A stretch of DNA of 64,000 nt from Chloroflexota bacterium. GTDB taxonomy: Bacteria > Chloroflexota > Anaerolineae > Aggregatilineales > J027. The position numbers and the translations under genes are program-made. Numbering within the stretch: position 1 is the stretch's first letter; each line of letters starts with the position of its first letter. Shown one piece after another: positions 1-9,664 of the stretch. Below the pieces are notes generated by a model, which was not told the origin of the DNA, did no database searches, and saw only the letters and a program-made list of their open reading frames with translations. The stretch covers positions 10,810 through 74,809 of the forward strand of contig JACRBG010000001.1 of assembly GCA_016234595.1 (NCBI GenBank), written 5' to 3'.

Positions 1-38
1 CGTTAGAGGGGCGCAACGTCGAAGCGCGCGATCCAGCC

Positions 39-1184
39 GTGACGCTACGGGTTCAAAGCATGGGGGGCACACTGCGTTTTTGGGGGGAACGGAATGATTG
101 CGACCTCAACGATTTTGAGATTTTCACTGAGCCAGCCATCCGCCTCTATCAAAATTGCAATAATGAATCATCACTGGCATTTCTCTCGATTGAAAATGCT
201 GGCAACAATTGGTTGCGCAGCACCATCAATTATCAACTCAATCAATTCGGGGTGGACTATACCGAAATTGCCACACGCTATCTGTTTGGCCCCAAAGATG
301 GAGAGGATTGGCAGGGCCTCGTGACTAAAATGACCACCGAGGCAGTCTCACCTGAAACATTGGCCCGCAATTATGCCGTCTATGTTCCGCCCAGCTATGA
401 CCCAACCCAACCAACACCAGTCGTCATGGCGTTGCATGGTCGGCCCGATACAGGTACAGGTATGGCCTATTTGTTGGATTTAAACCGTGTCGCCCAGACC
501 GAAAATTTCATTGCGGTCTATCCAGATGGTATCAATCAAGGCTGGAACTATACTCTCGGTTTTCCGGGCTATGGGGACAATGATATTAATGACGTGGAGT
601 TTTTGGGGACACTTATCAAAGATTTGTCACTTGACCTGAATATAGATTCTCAGCGCGTTTATCTGACAGGCTTTTCCAATGGTGGGTTTATGACGCAAGC
701 TATGGCGTGCGAGGCGGCTGATCAATTTGCCGCTTTCGCTGTCATTGGGGCGACTGCTTTCCCCGGTTTTGAAACCTTTTGTGCCGGAACTCCACCAATT
801 CCCATGTTATTTATACACGGCTCATTGGACAAGAGCATTCCATGGGATGGCTTGCAGCAGTCAGGCCAATGGGTGACTTACCCCGTATCCGAATCATTGG
901 CTTTTTGGGCAGTTCATAATAATTGTGATCCTAACCAAGTCTCCCAGACCGATTTGCCTGCCAGTGGCAATTCACCCGGCACATCTGTCACCGTTTTTGA
1001 ATTTAAGGGTTGCGCCGAAGACGACAACATCCTGTTTTATGAAATTGATGGCGGTGGGCATAACATTCCGGGTGTGCCGGGGCGCCTCGATGCCGAGCAA
1101 TTTGGGGCTGTCAACATGGATATTGATGCCCCAACCATTATCTGGGAATTTTTATCTCAACACACCCTCGACCCACTACCTTAG
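39..1184 (+). CDS. Alpha/beta hydrolase of the PHB-depolymerase/esterase family. Probably 5'-partial: no in-frame stop between the window edge and the GTG at 39.
   Basis: 381-aa ORF. Motifs 'HGRPDTGTG...YPDG...GFSNGGFM' are typical of the poly(3-hydroxybutyrate) depolymerase/feruloyl-esterase fold (Ser nucleophile in GxSxG). The frame stays open back to position 3. Confidence 0.7.
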   Translation: MTLRVQSMGGTLRFWGERNDCDLNDFEIFTEPAIRLYQNCNNESSLAFLSIENAGNNWLRSTINYQLNQFGVDYTEIATRYLFGPKDGEDWQGLVTKMTTEAVSPETLARNYAVYVPPSYDPTQPTPVVMALHGRPDTGTGMAYLLDLNRVAQTENFIAVYPDGINQGWNYTLGFPGYGDNDINDVEFLGTLIKDLSLDLNIDSQRVYLTGFSNGGFMTQAMACEAADQFAAFAVIGATAFPGFETFCAGTPPIPMLFIHGSLDKSIPWDGLQQSGQWVTYPVSESLAFWAVHNNCDPNQVSQTDLPASGNSPGTSVTVFEFKGCAEDDNILFYEIDGGGHNIPGVPGRLDAEQFGAVNMDIDAPTIIWEFLSQHTLDPLP

Positions 1185-3835
1185 TATGGTGTCAAAGCCT
1201 CACGGGGAATAGGCACATAAATTTCATCCCCATAGCGTACCCATAAAATATGGATACGGGAGTAATCGGCGGCATCCAATAAACGAACCTCAATTGGATG
1301 TCGCCCCGCTGTAAGTTCAAGTTGTTTTGTAATTAATGTAAAGTCAGTGCTGCCTTTTACGACAGAGACGCCATCAATCAAAATCTCTCCAGATGTCATA
1401 GCCCGCAGCCCAATCCCATACACCCCATCCTCTGGAATATCCAAAAAGCCTTTCCAAGTCACCGTGTAAGGCCTAAGCAGCGGTATTCGATGGAAATACA
1501 TATCCAAAAATGGGTCAATACGTTCAAGGACCGGCGCCCCACTCCAATCCGCATTGGGGTAAAAATAGCCATGCAATCCATTATTGGTGATAGGGCCATG
1601 ATAGAGCATCCAATCGGGCACAATATCCCGCTGAGTATAATTCATTACCTCCCATTCAAGCGTTTGATTGGGAGTAATTTGAATGACGTGATTGCCTTCA
1701 GCCAATAAATGCCCCTCACCAGATTGCCATAGCTCGCCATCAATCATCAATAGCCCGTCAGTATAAAACCGATATTCACCATACTGCGGCGCGTATAAAA
1801 TGCCTGTGCCATCAGCATTTAATTTTTGTATTCCAGCAATATCCTCTGGAGTCAAATCAATCACATACATCACAGGGGCATCAGCGCCAGCCCCCCGTAT
1901 TCCGTAATCAAGCCCCTTGATAATCTTAAACTGAGCTTGGGGATAAAGGGTCTTGGCATAATTAAAAATGGGGAACTCGCTCTCATCCAAAATAATGGTA
2001 ACGGGGCCGGTTGGCGGGACACGCAATGGCAAGGTATCTGGGTAATTCAGCAAAGTCAATTTTTGTTGATAATCGGGGACGAGAAATTCGGTGCTAGGTT
2101 CGCCAAACATCAATGGACTGACAAAAAATGCATGAAATGCATGGTCGGGGCGATCTTGGACTAGCTGACCAACGATAGTCGCGGTGGTAGAATAGCTCAA
2201 CCAAGCATCGTGACTCCGGGCTTGTTTCTCAAAATACTTGTCATAGTTAAGATACAGTGTCGCCCCAAGCAAAATGCTGATACAACCAATCACCAGTGGC
2301 TGTAGTTTGGCCCTGCTAAGCACCCGCCCTACTTCCTCGATTGTTAATGCAGCGAAGTAGGCTATGGCAGGCAAAACCCCTATCGTGCGTAAGGCTTGGG
2401 GCGCTTCATATTGCACTGTTAAAATACCCGCCAGCATACTCACAACCAGTAGGCCACCAAAAAACCATTCTTCAGCATGCTTGAGATGGCGCAATGCTAG
2501 CCCCATTCCTAGTACAAAAACAACCCCTGTTACAACATCCAACATTGGGTCATAGGGTAAATTGTGGCGTCCATTTCGGTCACCAATAACATGAAACATC
2601 CCAAGGTGTTTATCAAGACTGATGTCAAGCGCCTCTCTTAAGGGCAATGCTCCTCGATTTTCCTCTCGGAAAATAGTGACCTGTTTATTGCGATTGGTAT
2701 ATAAATCTGGGTCGAGCTTGGCAAAGATGAGCATCGGCATAAACACCAATACCGCTGTTATCGCTCCAAAGCCTGTAATCAAAAGTGCTTGAGGTTTCCA
2801 CCAGCGCCATGCCAATAAGCCATAAATGGCAAGCGGGACTAGGGCAAAACGGAAGGCTGCATAAAAATATAGACCCACCCCTACCGTCAGTCCCGCCCAT
2901 AGACCGTCGCGCAACTGTCCATAGCGCACCATCCGCATCAAAAAATAGAAGGTCAGCATTGTAAAAAAACAGGTTTCAATGCCCGTCATAGCAATCCGAC
3001 TAAACGTGATTGCCCATGCCAAGACCGCCATAAAAAACCCCATCAATAGGCCAAACCATCGCCCGCGCAGCATATCCCCCACTAAAAATGAACTGAATAC
3101 CGCTGCTACACCAAAAAAAACATGAACTAAACGCGGACCCGCCACATTGGTTTCGCCAAAAGCTCGCAACGCTTGGGCATAGAGCATCAGGTGGGGATAA
3201 GTAATATTGGGGACAAAAAAAGGGCGGTAGCTAGCATGGTGGAGCATGCTGCGTGCATCTAATAGAGCGACTGCTTCATCGTACCAAATACCAAGAGGCA
3301 GAGTTTTGAGATGATAGACGCGCAAAAAAATCGCCATAATCAGGAGTGGTTGTAAAAAAGCGGCTGTTGTTTGGTCAATCGTCAGTTTTTTGGGAATAGC
3401 ATGGGTCAGTATAACCCCTCCCAAAACCCAAAGCGTGACCCCTAACCCAAAGGTGTTCCATGTGGCTTGGGAGGGAAACAACCCCGGTTTAGCTTTCCAA
3501 AATTCTGTTCCCGTATAAACAATTGTGCCAAAGCCAATGAGCAGAAAACCAACGCCAATGACAACCCGCGCACCGTCTGCAATGCCTAATTGACGACGAT
3601 CAGGATAAGGTTTAGACGGCAGCATAGGGGTAAAAATAATCAACAATAAGCTTGCGAACCCTAACCAACGCAGTCCTTCCCATAAATCGGCTTCCTTAAA
3701 AGCGCGATGGGCCATATAACTGAGACCAGTGGTTATAAGTAGTATTCCAATAGGTATCCATTGGTGTTGTCGTACTATCTCAAGTTTTTCATTTATGCCG
3801 CGAAAACTCACTTTGGTTTGACCCATGCGAACCAT
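1181..3835 (-). CDS. GT-C fold membrane glycosyltransferase (GT39/ArnT/PMT-like) with a C-terminal soluble, beta-rich domain
   Basis: 884-aa ORF. N-terminal ~550 aa is polytopic with a 'YDE' motif in an early loop and a 'GLYFYAAFRFALVPLAIYGLL' segment typical of the ArnT/PMT_2 family. The C-terminal ~300 aa is hydrophilic. It converges on the esterase with a 4-bp overlap. Confidence 0.6.
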   Translation of the reverse strand: MVRMGQTKVSFRGINEKLEIVRQHQWIPIGILLITTGLSYMAHRAFKEADLWEGLRWLGFASLLLIIFTPMLPSKPYPDRRQLGIADGARVVIGVGFLLIGFGTIVYTGTEFWKAKPGLFPSQATWNTFGLGVTLWVLGGVILTHAIPKKLTIDQTTAAFLQPLLIMAIFLRVYHLKTLPLGIWYDEAVALLDARSMLHHASYRPFFVPNITYPHLMLYAQALRAFGETNVAGPRLVHVFFGVAAVFSSFLVGDMLRGRWFGLLMGFFMAVLAWAITFSRIAMTGIETCFFTMLTFYFLMRMVRYGQLRDGLWAGLTVGVGLYFYAAFRFALVPLAIYGLLAWRWWKPQALLITGFGAITAVLVFMPMLIFAKLDPDLYTNRNKQVTIFREENRGALPLREALDISLDKHLGMFHVIGDRNGRHNLPYDPMLDVVTGVVFVLGMGLALRHLKHAEEWFFGGLLVVSMLAGILTVQYEAPQALRTIGVLPAIAYFAALTIEEVGRVLSRAKLQPLVIGCISILLGATLYLNYDKYFEKQARSHDAWLSYSTTATIVGQLVQDRPDHAFHAFFVSPLMFGEPSTEFLVPDYQQKLTLLNYPDTLPLRVPPTGPVTIILDESEFPIFNYAKTLYPQAQFKIIKGLDYGIRGAGADAPVMYVIDLTPEDIAGIQKLNADGTGILYAPQYGEYRFYTDGLLMIDGELWQSGEGHLLAEGNHVIQITPNQTLEWEVMNYTQRDIVPDWMLYHGPITNNGLHGYFYPNADWSGAPVLERIDPFLDMYFHRIPLLRPYTVTWKGFLDIPEDGVYGIGLRAMTSGEILIDGVSVVKGSTDFTLITKQLELTAGRHPIEVRLLDAADYSRIHILWVRYGDEIYVPIPREALTPY

Positions 3836-3953
3836 TTCCTGTCAAGGTATGTCAAGATTTTTAGCGCAGTGTGTAGATGCTTTATACTATAGGCGAAGTT
3901 AACAAGCATGACTGTAAGAAAATCTATTCGATTTTGCACTGCGGAACGATTGA

Positions 3954-6900
3954 ATGAAACGAAACATAAAACTCTGGGTCGTTTTGGCCGGAATTCTTAT
4001 TCTGGCGGGTTGCTTACGTTATATTGGAATTAATTGGGATTATTATAGCCATAGCCACCCCGATGAACTGTTCTTAACCGCAGTGGTCTCACGTATTGGG
4101 GATCGTAGCGAGTTACTCGACAAGGTCAAAGAACGCTGTGCGGACGACCCTCGCCGTCATGCCTATTTCAATACCCGCTGTAGCCCTCTCAACCCTAATA
4201 ACATCAATGACGGTAGCTATGCCTATGGCACGCTCCCAACCTTTATCGTATATGGGGCTGGCGAGCTTGCCGTCAAAATTACAGGCGATGAGCTGTGGCG
4301 AGATTTCGATGGCATTCATTTAGTGGGACGCTTTGTCAACATTATTGCCGATGTCCTTTCAACCTTGATGGTTTTTATCATTGGAAGGCGACTCTTTGGT
4401 ATCAAAAATGGCCTGTTTGCGTCCATGCTCTATGCCGCAGCAGCCTTACCCATCCAGCTTGCCCATTACTGGACGGTGGATACTATCGCCAATCTATTTT
4501 TTCTCATTTCGCTTTATGCTGCTGTCGCCATCAGCCAACGAGGGAGAGCGTGGGCCTTCATATTATTTGGGCTGGCGGTCGGGGCCGGGGTGGCCTCACG
4601 TATCAATATCGCAATGGCCGCTGGGTTAGGCCCTTTAGCTGGGTTCATCTATCTTCGCACACTCTATTTGCACAGGCCGGACGCCCCGCGCAAGTTCCAT
4701 TTCGGTCAGTGGATACGGGTTGCCTTGCTGATTACCATTGCATCGGGCATCGGGTTCCTGACCTTTCGTATTGCCCAACCCTACGCCTTCAAAGGGCCGG
4801 ATATTTGGGATTTGCAGGGCAATAAAAAATGGTTCGATGATATAGATTACGTTTCCAAATTATCCTCTAAACAAGATGATGGCTGGCCGCCCTCCCATCA
4901 ATTCGTTGGACGCATCAAATACATCTACCCTTGGATTAATATTGTGTTGTGGGGCATGGGTTTACCATTAGGCATCTTAGCGACTATTGCTCTCATTCAC
5001 GCCATCAATAAACAAGTTCAGCGGTGGGAGCTTTCACCCCAAGTTGCCCTTCTAACCGCATGGTTCATCGCCTATTTTGGCTGGCATGGTCGCCTGCATT
5101 ACATGACTATGCGTTATTATTTGCCCCTCTATGGTGTCCTTTGTCTATTGGTGGCGTGGTGGTTGCTGCAATTACAACCACGCTGGTCAATACGCCTGCG
5201 TAAAACGGTTGCCATCGGTACATTATTATGGGCCTTCGTGTTCACCGGTATCTATCGTGCTCCCCAAACGCGCGTCGAGGCGGCCATCTGGATTAACCAA
5301 CATATGCCAGCAGCAGTGACGGGCATTGCCGAGGATGGCACATGGTATCACCTGACTGCGGGCCGTGGGATGCGCTACCGCATGGTCACGTATTACAAGC
5401 CAGAACCCAGTTTTGGGCAGCAATCTTATGAAAGCCGCCTAGTCAATATCACTGGCGAAGGCAACATTATGCTAAAGCGCTTGTGGCTACGCTGGATCGA
5501 AACGACACCTATCCATGTAAATCTCCAATTAGCGGCCTTAAACGATGAGGGGGTCGAAACCGAACTCCTACTGAACTTCGATACCACCAGTGAAAACCCG
5601 CAAGAATTGCGAGTGGATTTGCCCCTCGATAAACAAGTCGAAATCGCACCGGGAAACTATCGTTGGAAAATGACCGTGGATTGGGACACTGATGTGCCAA
5701 TGGTGCATATCATCCCGTCCATTGAATACCTCAACATCGAAAGCGGCATATGGAGTATTGGGGCCATTCAATTACAACCCACAGGCCGTGCCAATGTCAT
5801 TCGCTATGCCAAGATTGACAATGAATACAGTTTTGGGTTTGTCCTCAAAGATAAGGATCAAACGCTTACGGGGCTATATATCGCCCATGCCATCGGATTA
5901 CCCAGTAATTTGACTCTTGAAATCGAGGATGAGAAATATACTGCCCAATTGGTTTCACAAGATCGCAATGGTAGCCCATTAGGCGAGGGGCGACATTATG
6001 TCTTCAAGACACCGCTTCGTGTCCCTCACGATACCGCTATCAATATCACCTCTACCTATCCGCTGTGGTTTACGGGTACAACTATTGCCACGGAAGGGGA
6101 TTGGGATTTTTCTACCCCTCCTCGCATTTGTTTTCAAAATGGCCCGATTAGGCTGGGCTATTTCCCACCCGACACCTGTCTACAAAAAAGTGGTTATGAC
6201 GAAGAATGGTATACAGAACTGCCTCTACAGGTAGTTGAACATGATAGCCCCGAAAAGCAAAGATGGATGACCGACGTTTTATTACTGGCGGATTATATGA
6301 CGATTAGTACCAATCGGATGTATGATGCCCTGCCACGCAACGAAAAATATTATTGGTTCACCACCGCCTATTATAAAGACCTGTTTGGCGACAAACTTGG
6401 GTATCAAGAAGTCGTCCGTTTCGATTCATTACCGCATTTAGGCCCACTGACGATTCCCGATCAAGTGCTACCAGATTGGCATCTGCCCAAGTGGATGAAT
6501 GAACTTGAGGCGGAGGAGGCCTTTACCGTCTACGACCATCCAACCATCTATGTGTTCAAAAATGACGGCTTTGAATCCAGCCAGATGACGGCCTATGTGC
6601 CCTATGTAGATGAGCGCAATCGCATTGATTTGGATGAAGTAGCCCAACCCACCTATGTTGCAAGTGAAAAAGCTGCCCATAACCGCGAAATCCAATGGCA
6701 GATTGCTTTGTTTGCGATTGGATTTATAGCTGTAAGTTGGCTGGCCTTCCCCTTGATGTTTACACTATTCCCATCGTTGCCCTTACGTGGTTATGGTTTG
6801 GGACGCGGCGTCACATGGCTGCTGCTGGCCCTTATTCCGTGGTGGCTGACAGCCGAATTCCATTGGCGCTTATGGACGCGATGGGCACTCATCGGTTTTG

Positions 6901-8858
6901 TTGCAGGCTATATCGTGTTAATGACAGTTTTGTTTATCCGTCAGCGTCACCAGCTTTGGCCTTTTATCAAAACCCACTGGTGCGGTATGGTCGCCCTTGA
7001 TTTGGTCTGGTTAGTAGCATTTGGGTTGGGGATTGCCATGCGCGGTGTTGACCCCGATTTCTGGCACCCTTGGTTGGGTGGCGAAAAACACATGGATTTG
7101 GCCTACCTCAATGCTGTCTGGCGCACCGGCCAATTCCCACCCCCCAGTCCATGGCTAAGTGGTTTTGAAATCAATTATTACTATCTAGGGTTTGTCGTCG
7201 CGGCCATGCCTCTCAAATTGTTTGGCTCCGCACCCGAATATGGCCCCAATTTGATTTTAGCGGTGTTTTACGCGACCATTTTTACCCTTGTCTTCAATCT
7301 TTTGCTGACAGTGTTGGGTCAGGTCGAGCGGGTACGCTGGCGTGTGCTTCTGGCAAGCACAGGCACAACGCTAGTCATGATTGCAGGAAACTATGGGGCC
7401 TTCGATCTAGTCATCCAGTCCATCGCCAATATGCCCGCCCATCGTTGGTACTGGTATCCGACTCGCATGATCGCCGAATCGAAAAATGGCGGCGGGGGCA
7501 TCATCACGGAAGTACCCTTCTTCTCGTTTTTGTGGGGTGATTTCCATGCCCATCTTTTCGGCCTGCTACCAGTGACCATCCTGCTTACCCTGTTATGGGT
7601 AACATATAAACAGCGAGCATGGTGGCATGTCCTCGCACTCGGCAGTCTCATTAGCATCATCTACATGACCAACACATGGGACATTTTGGTCTATGTTCCA
7701 CTGACCCTATTGGTGATTATCTTGATTAGCCGTCATACCCAGCGTCTACCCTTGTTGCTGGCTCTATTCGCGTTGGGAGCAGGTGTCATGGTTTGGCCTT
7801 ACTTGCAACATGCCACCCTTGCTGGCTATGGGAGTATAACACGGTGGGAGGGCCCACGTTCGATTTTAAAACCATTCTTGCTCACGTGGGGTGCACCCTT
7901 AGCCGTGATGCTGATTTGGCTCGTCCATCGCATCAAAGCCATTGCTTTGCCTGAAGCCGATGCCCCAGTCGAAGTAGGATTATTCATCTTGGCGGTCATC
8001 CCAGCTTTATGGGTCAATGGTCAGGATGGCACATCAGTTTTATTGGTCACGATACTGCTGCTTGCCTTGCTTCTGGCTGTCTTTGATCGAAAGAATATCG
8101 GCCCACATTGCGGTGTCGCATTTTTCACCGTTGGTCTATTAGCCATTGAGCATGTCGTCATCGTTGGGGATGTTGACCGCATGAACACAGGCTTCAAGGT
8201 TGCCTTCCAATTATGGGTCTGGGCCGGATTATTGATTCCGATGCTGCTTTACCACATGGTGCATCAACGCCGCGCCTATATAATGACAGGGGTATCGGTG
8301 CTGGTCTTGCTGCCCGGTCTTATCTTCCCCTATAAGGCTCTGCCTGCCCGCGACAAAGAATCATATACCAAAGATTTCACACTGGATGGCTATGATTTTA
8401 TGGATGTCATGCCCTATCCGATGGACTCTGAAACGATTAGCATTGCCGACGATGAGCCCCTCATTCGTTATATGCGTTCCCACATCCAAGGTTATCCGGT
8501 GATTGCCGAGATGTATACAGGGGAATATCGCTGGAATACACGCATTGCCAGTTATACGGGCTTGCCAACGGTCATGGGTTGGGGTAATCACATGCGTCAG
8601 CAATTCCCTCATCAGATTGAGGAAATTGAGCAGCGCATTGGCGATATTCGGTTGTTTTACACGACAACTAGCACTGATCAATTGCTGCAACTGATTCGTA
8701 AATACCATATCGAGTACATCGTATCAGGCGAATTAGAGCATACGCTAGACCGTAACGGCCAGTTTTCAGTATTGTTAAAAATGGTCACATCAGGGCATTT
8801 ATCAGTGGAATACCAAAGTAACAACACATGGCTGTTCAGGGTGGAAAAAACGCAATGA
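3954..8858 (+). CDS. Giant (1634 aa) polytopic membrane protein with two GT-C-like membrane modules separated by a soluble domain; putative lipid-linked glycosyltransferase
   Basis: Single uninterrupted ORF. N-terminal signal/TM, a 'HPDELF' loop motif and many TM helices in aa 1-520. A hydrophilic beta-rich domain follows (aa 520-930). A second polytopic module (aa 930-1500, 'EINYYYLGF...TNTWD') resembles DUF2298/GT-C-like domains. A C-terminal soluble domain completes it. Confidence 0.55.
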   Translation: MKRNIKLWVVLAGILILAGCLRYIGINWDYYSHSHPDELFLTAVVSRIGDRSELLDKVKERCADDPRRHAYFNTRCSPLNPNNINDGSYAYGTLPTFIVYGAGELAVKITGDELWRDFDGIHLVGRFVNIIADVLSTLMVFIIGRRLFGIKNGLFASMLYAAAALPIQLAHYWTVDTIANLFFLISLYAAVAISQRGRAWAFILFGLAVGAGVASRINIAMAAGLGPLAGFIYLRTLYLHRPDAPRKFHFGQWIRVALLITIASGIGFLTFRIAQPYAFKGPDIWDLQGNKKWFDDIDYVSKLSSKQDDGWPPSHQFVGRIKYIYPWINIVLWGMGLPLGILATIALIHAINKQVQRWELSPQVALLTAWFIAYFGWHGRLHYMTMRYYLPLYGVLCLLVAWWLLQLQPRWSIRLRKTVAIGTLLWAFVFTGIYRAPQTRVEAAIWINQHMPAAVTGIAEDGTWYHLTAGRGMRYRMVTYYKPEPSFGQQSYESRLVNITGEGNIMLKRLWLRWIETTPIHVNLQLAALNDEGVETELLLNFDTTSENPQELRVDLPLDKQVEIAPGNYRWKMTVDWDTDVPMVHIIPSIEYLNIESGIWSIGAIQLQPTGRANVIRYAKIDNEYSFGFVLKDKDQTLTGLYIAHAIGLPSNLTLEIEDEKYTAQLVSQDRNGSPLGEGRHYVFKTPLRVPHDTAINITSTYPLWFTGTTIATEGDWDFSTPPRICFQNGPIRLGYFPPDTCLQKSGYDEEWYTELPLQVVEHDSPEKQRWMTDVLLLADYMTISTNRMYDALPRNEKYYWFTTAYYKDLFGDKLGYQEVVRFDSLPHLGPLTIPDQVLPDWHLPKWMNELEAEEAFTVYDHPTIYVFKNDGFESSQMTAYVPYVDERNRIDLDEVAQPTYVASEKAAHNREIQWQIALFAIGFIAVSWLAFPLMFTLFPSLPLRGYGLGRGVTWLLLALIPWWLTAEFHWRLWTRWALIGFVAGYIVLMTVLFIRQRHQLWPFIKTHWCGMVALDLVWLVAFGLGIAMRGVDPDFWHPWLGGEKHMDLAYLNAVWRTGQFPPPSPWLSGFEINYYYLGFVVAAMPLKLFGSAPEYGPNLILAVFYATIFTLVFNLLLTVLGQVERVRWRVLLASTGTTLVMIAGNYGAFDLVIQSIANMPAHRWYWYPTRMIAESKNGGGGIITEVPFFSFLWGDFHAHLFGLLPVTILLTLLWVTYKQRAWWHVLALGSLISIIYMTNTWDILVYVPLTLLVIILISRHTQRLPLLLALFALGAGVMVWPYLQHATLAGYGSITRWEGPRSILKPFLLTWGAPLAVMLIWLVHRIKAIALPEADAPVEVGLFILAVIPALWVNGQDGTSVLLVTILLLALLLAVFDRKNIGPHCGVAFFTVGLLAIEHVVIVGDVDRMNTGFKVAFQLWVWAGLLIPMLLYHMVHQRRAYIMTGVSVLVLLPGLIFPYKALPARDKESYTKDFTLDGYDFMDVMPYPMDSETISIADDEPLIRYMRSHIQGYPVIAEMYTGEYRWNTRIASYTGLPTVMGWGNHMRQQFPHQIEEIEQRIGDIRLFYTTTSTDQLLQLIRKYHIEYIVSGELEHTLDRNGQFSVLLKMVTSGHLSVEYQSNNTWLFRVEKTQ

Positions 8859-9664
8859 TGCCGCGCGTGGGGTGGCTGACCGATATTCACCTCAATTTTC
8901 TATCACTGGCGCTGGTGGGCGAATTTGTTGAAGAATTGAGCCACCAGCAAGTGGATGCTTGGTTGATTAGTGGGGATATTGGGGAATCCAATAATCTCGT
9001 CACCTATCTAAAAATTATGGTGAGCAGATTGCCACAGCCCATCTATTTCGTATTGGGCAACCATGATTTTTATTGGGGTTCGATCAAAAGCGTCCGTGAT
9101 GAGATTCAAGCGTTGTGTCAATACCATCCTAATCTGCACTATCTGAGCGCCGCTGAATGGATTGAATTGACGCCCACTGTTGGCCTTGTTGGGCATGATG
9201 GTTGGGCGGATTTGCAATTTGGCAATTTTGCCACCTCGGATGTCATGATGAATGACTATGTTCTGATTCAAGAACTAGTCAATCAGTCTAAAGCAGGTTT
9301 ACCTCGAGAAACGGGCTGGCTGGCGAATGAAGCGGCGTATCATTTTCGGCGAGTGCTACCCCAAGCATTGGCGCGTTTTCCTCATGTACTGGCGGTTACG
9401 CATGTACCTCCCTTTCAGGAAGCCTGTTGGCATGACAACCAAATCTCTGATGACAATTGGTTACCCCATTTCACCTGTAAAGCGGTGGGTGATGTCTTGC
9501 GAGAGACGATGTTAGCCCACCCCAATCAACAATTAACCGTGTTGTGTGGGCATACACATGGCAAAGGGGAGGCGCAAATCCTCCCCAATTTACAAGTCCT
9601 AACAGGTGGGGCTGAATATGGCAACCCCACGCTTCAACAAGTTTTCGACTTTACTCCTCGGTGA
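8828..9664 (+). CDS. Metallophosphoesterase (calcineurin-like phosphoesterase)
   Basis: 278 aa. Motifs 'GDIGE', 'GNHDFYW' and 'GHTHG' match the metallophosphatase signature blocks. The start overlaps the upstream GT-C gene by 31 nt, suggesting translational coupling. Confidence 0.75.
   Translation: MAVQGGKNAMMPRVGWLTDIHLNFLSLALVGEFVEELSHQQVDAWLISGDIGESNNLVTYLKIMVSRLPQPIYFVLGNHDFYWGSIKSVRDEIQALCQYHPNLHYLSAAEWIELTPTVGLVGHDGWADLQFGNFATSDVMMNDYVLIQELVNQSKAGLPRETGWLANEAAYHFRRVLPQALARFPHVLAVTHVPPFQEACWHDNQISDDNWLPHFTCKAVGDVLRETMLAHPNQQLTVLCGHTHGKGEAQILPNLQVLTGGAEYGNPTLQQVFDFTPR

Noticed and set aside
1181-1184. 4-bp overlaps of convergent gene ends (esterase/GT-C at 1181-1184; rtcB/O-methyltransferase at 38192-38195)
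   Set aside because: Overlapping convergent stop codons are common in compact genomes and carry no specific functional implication here.
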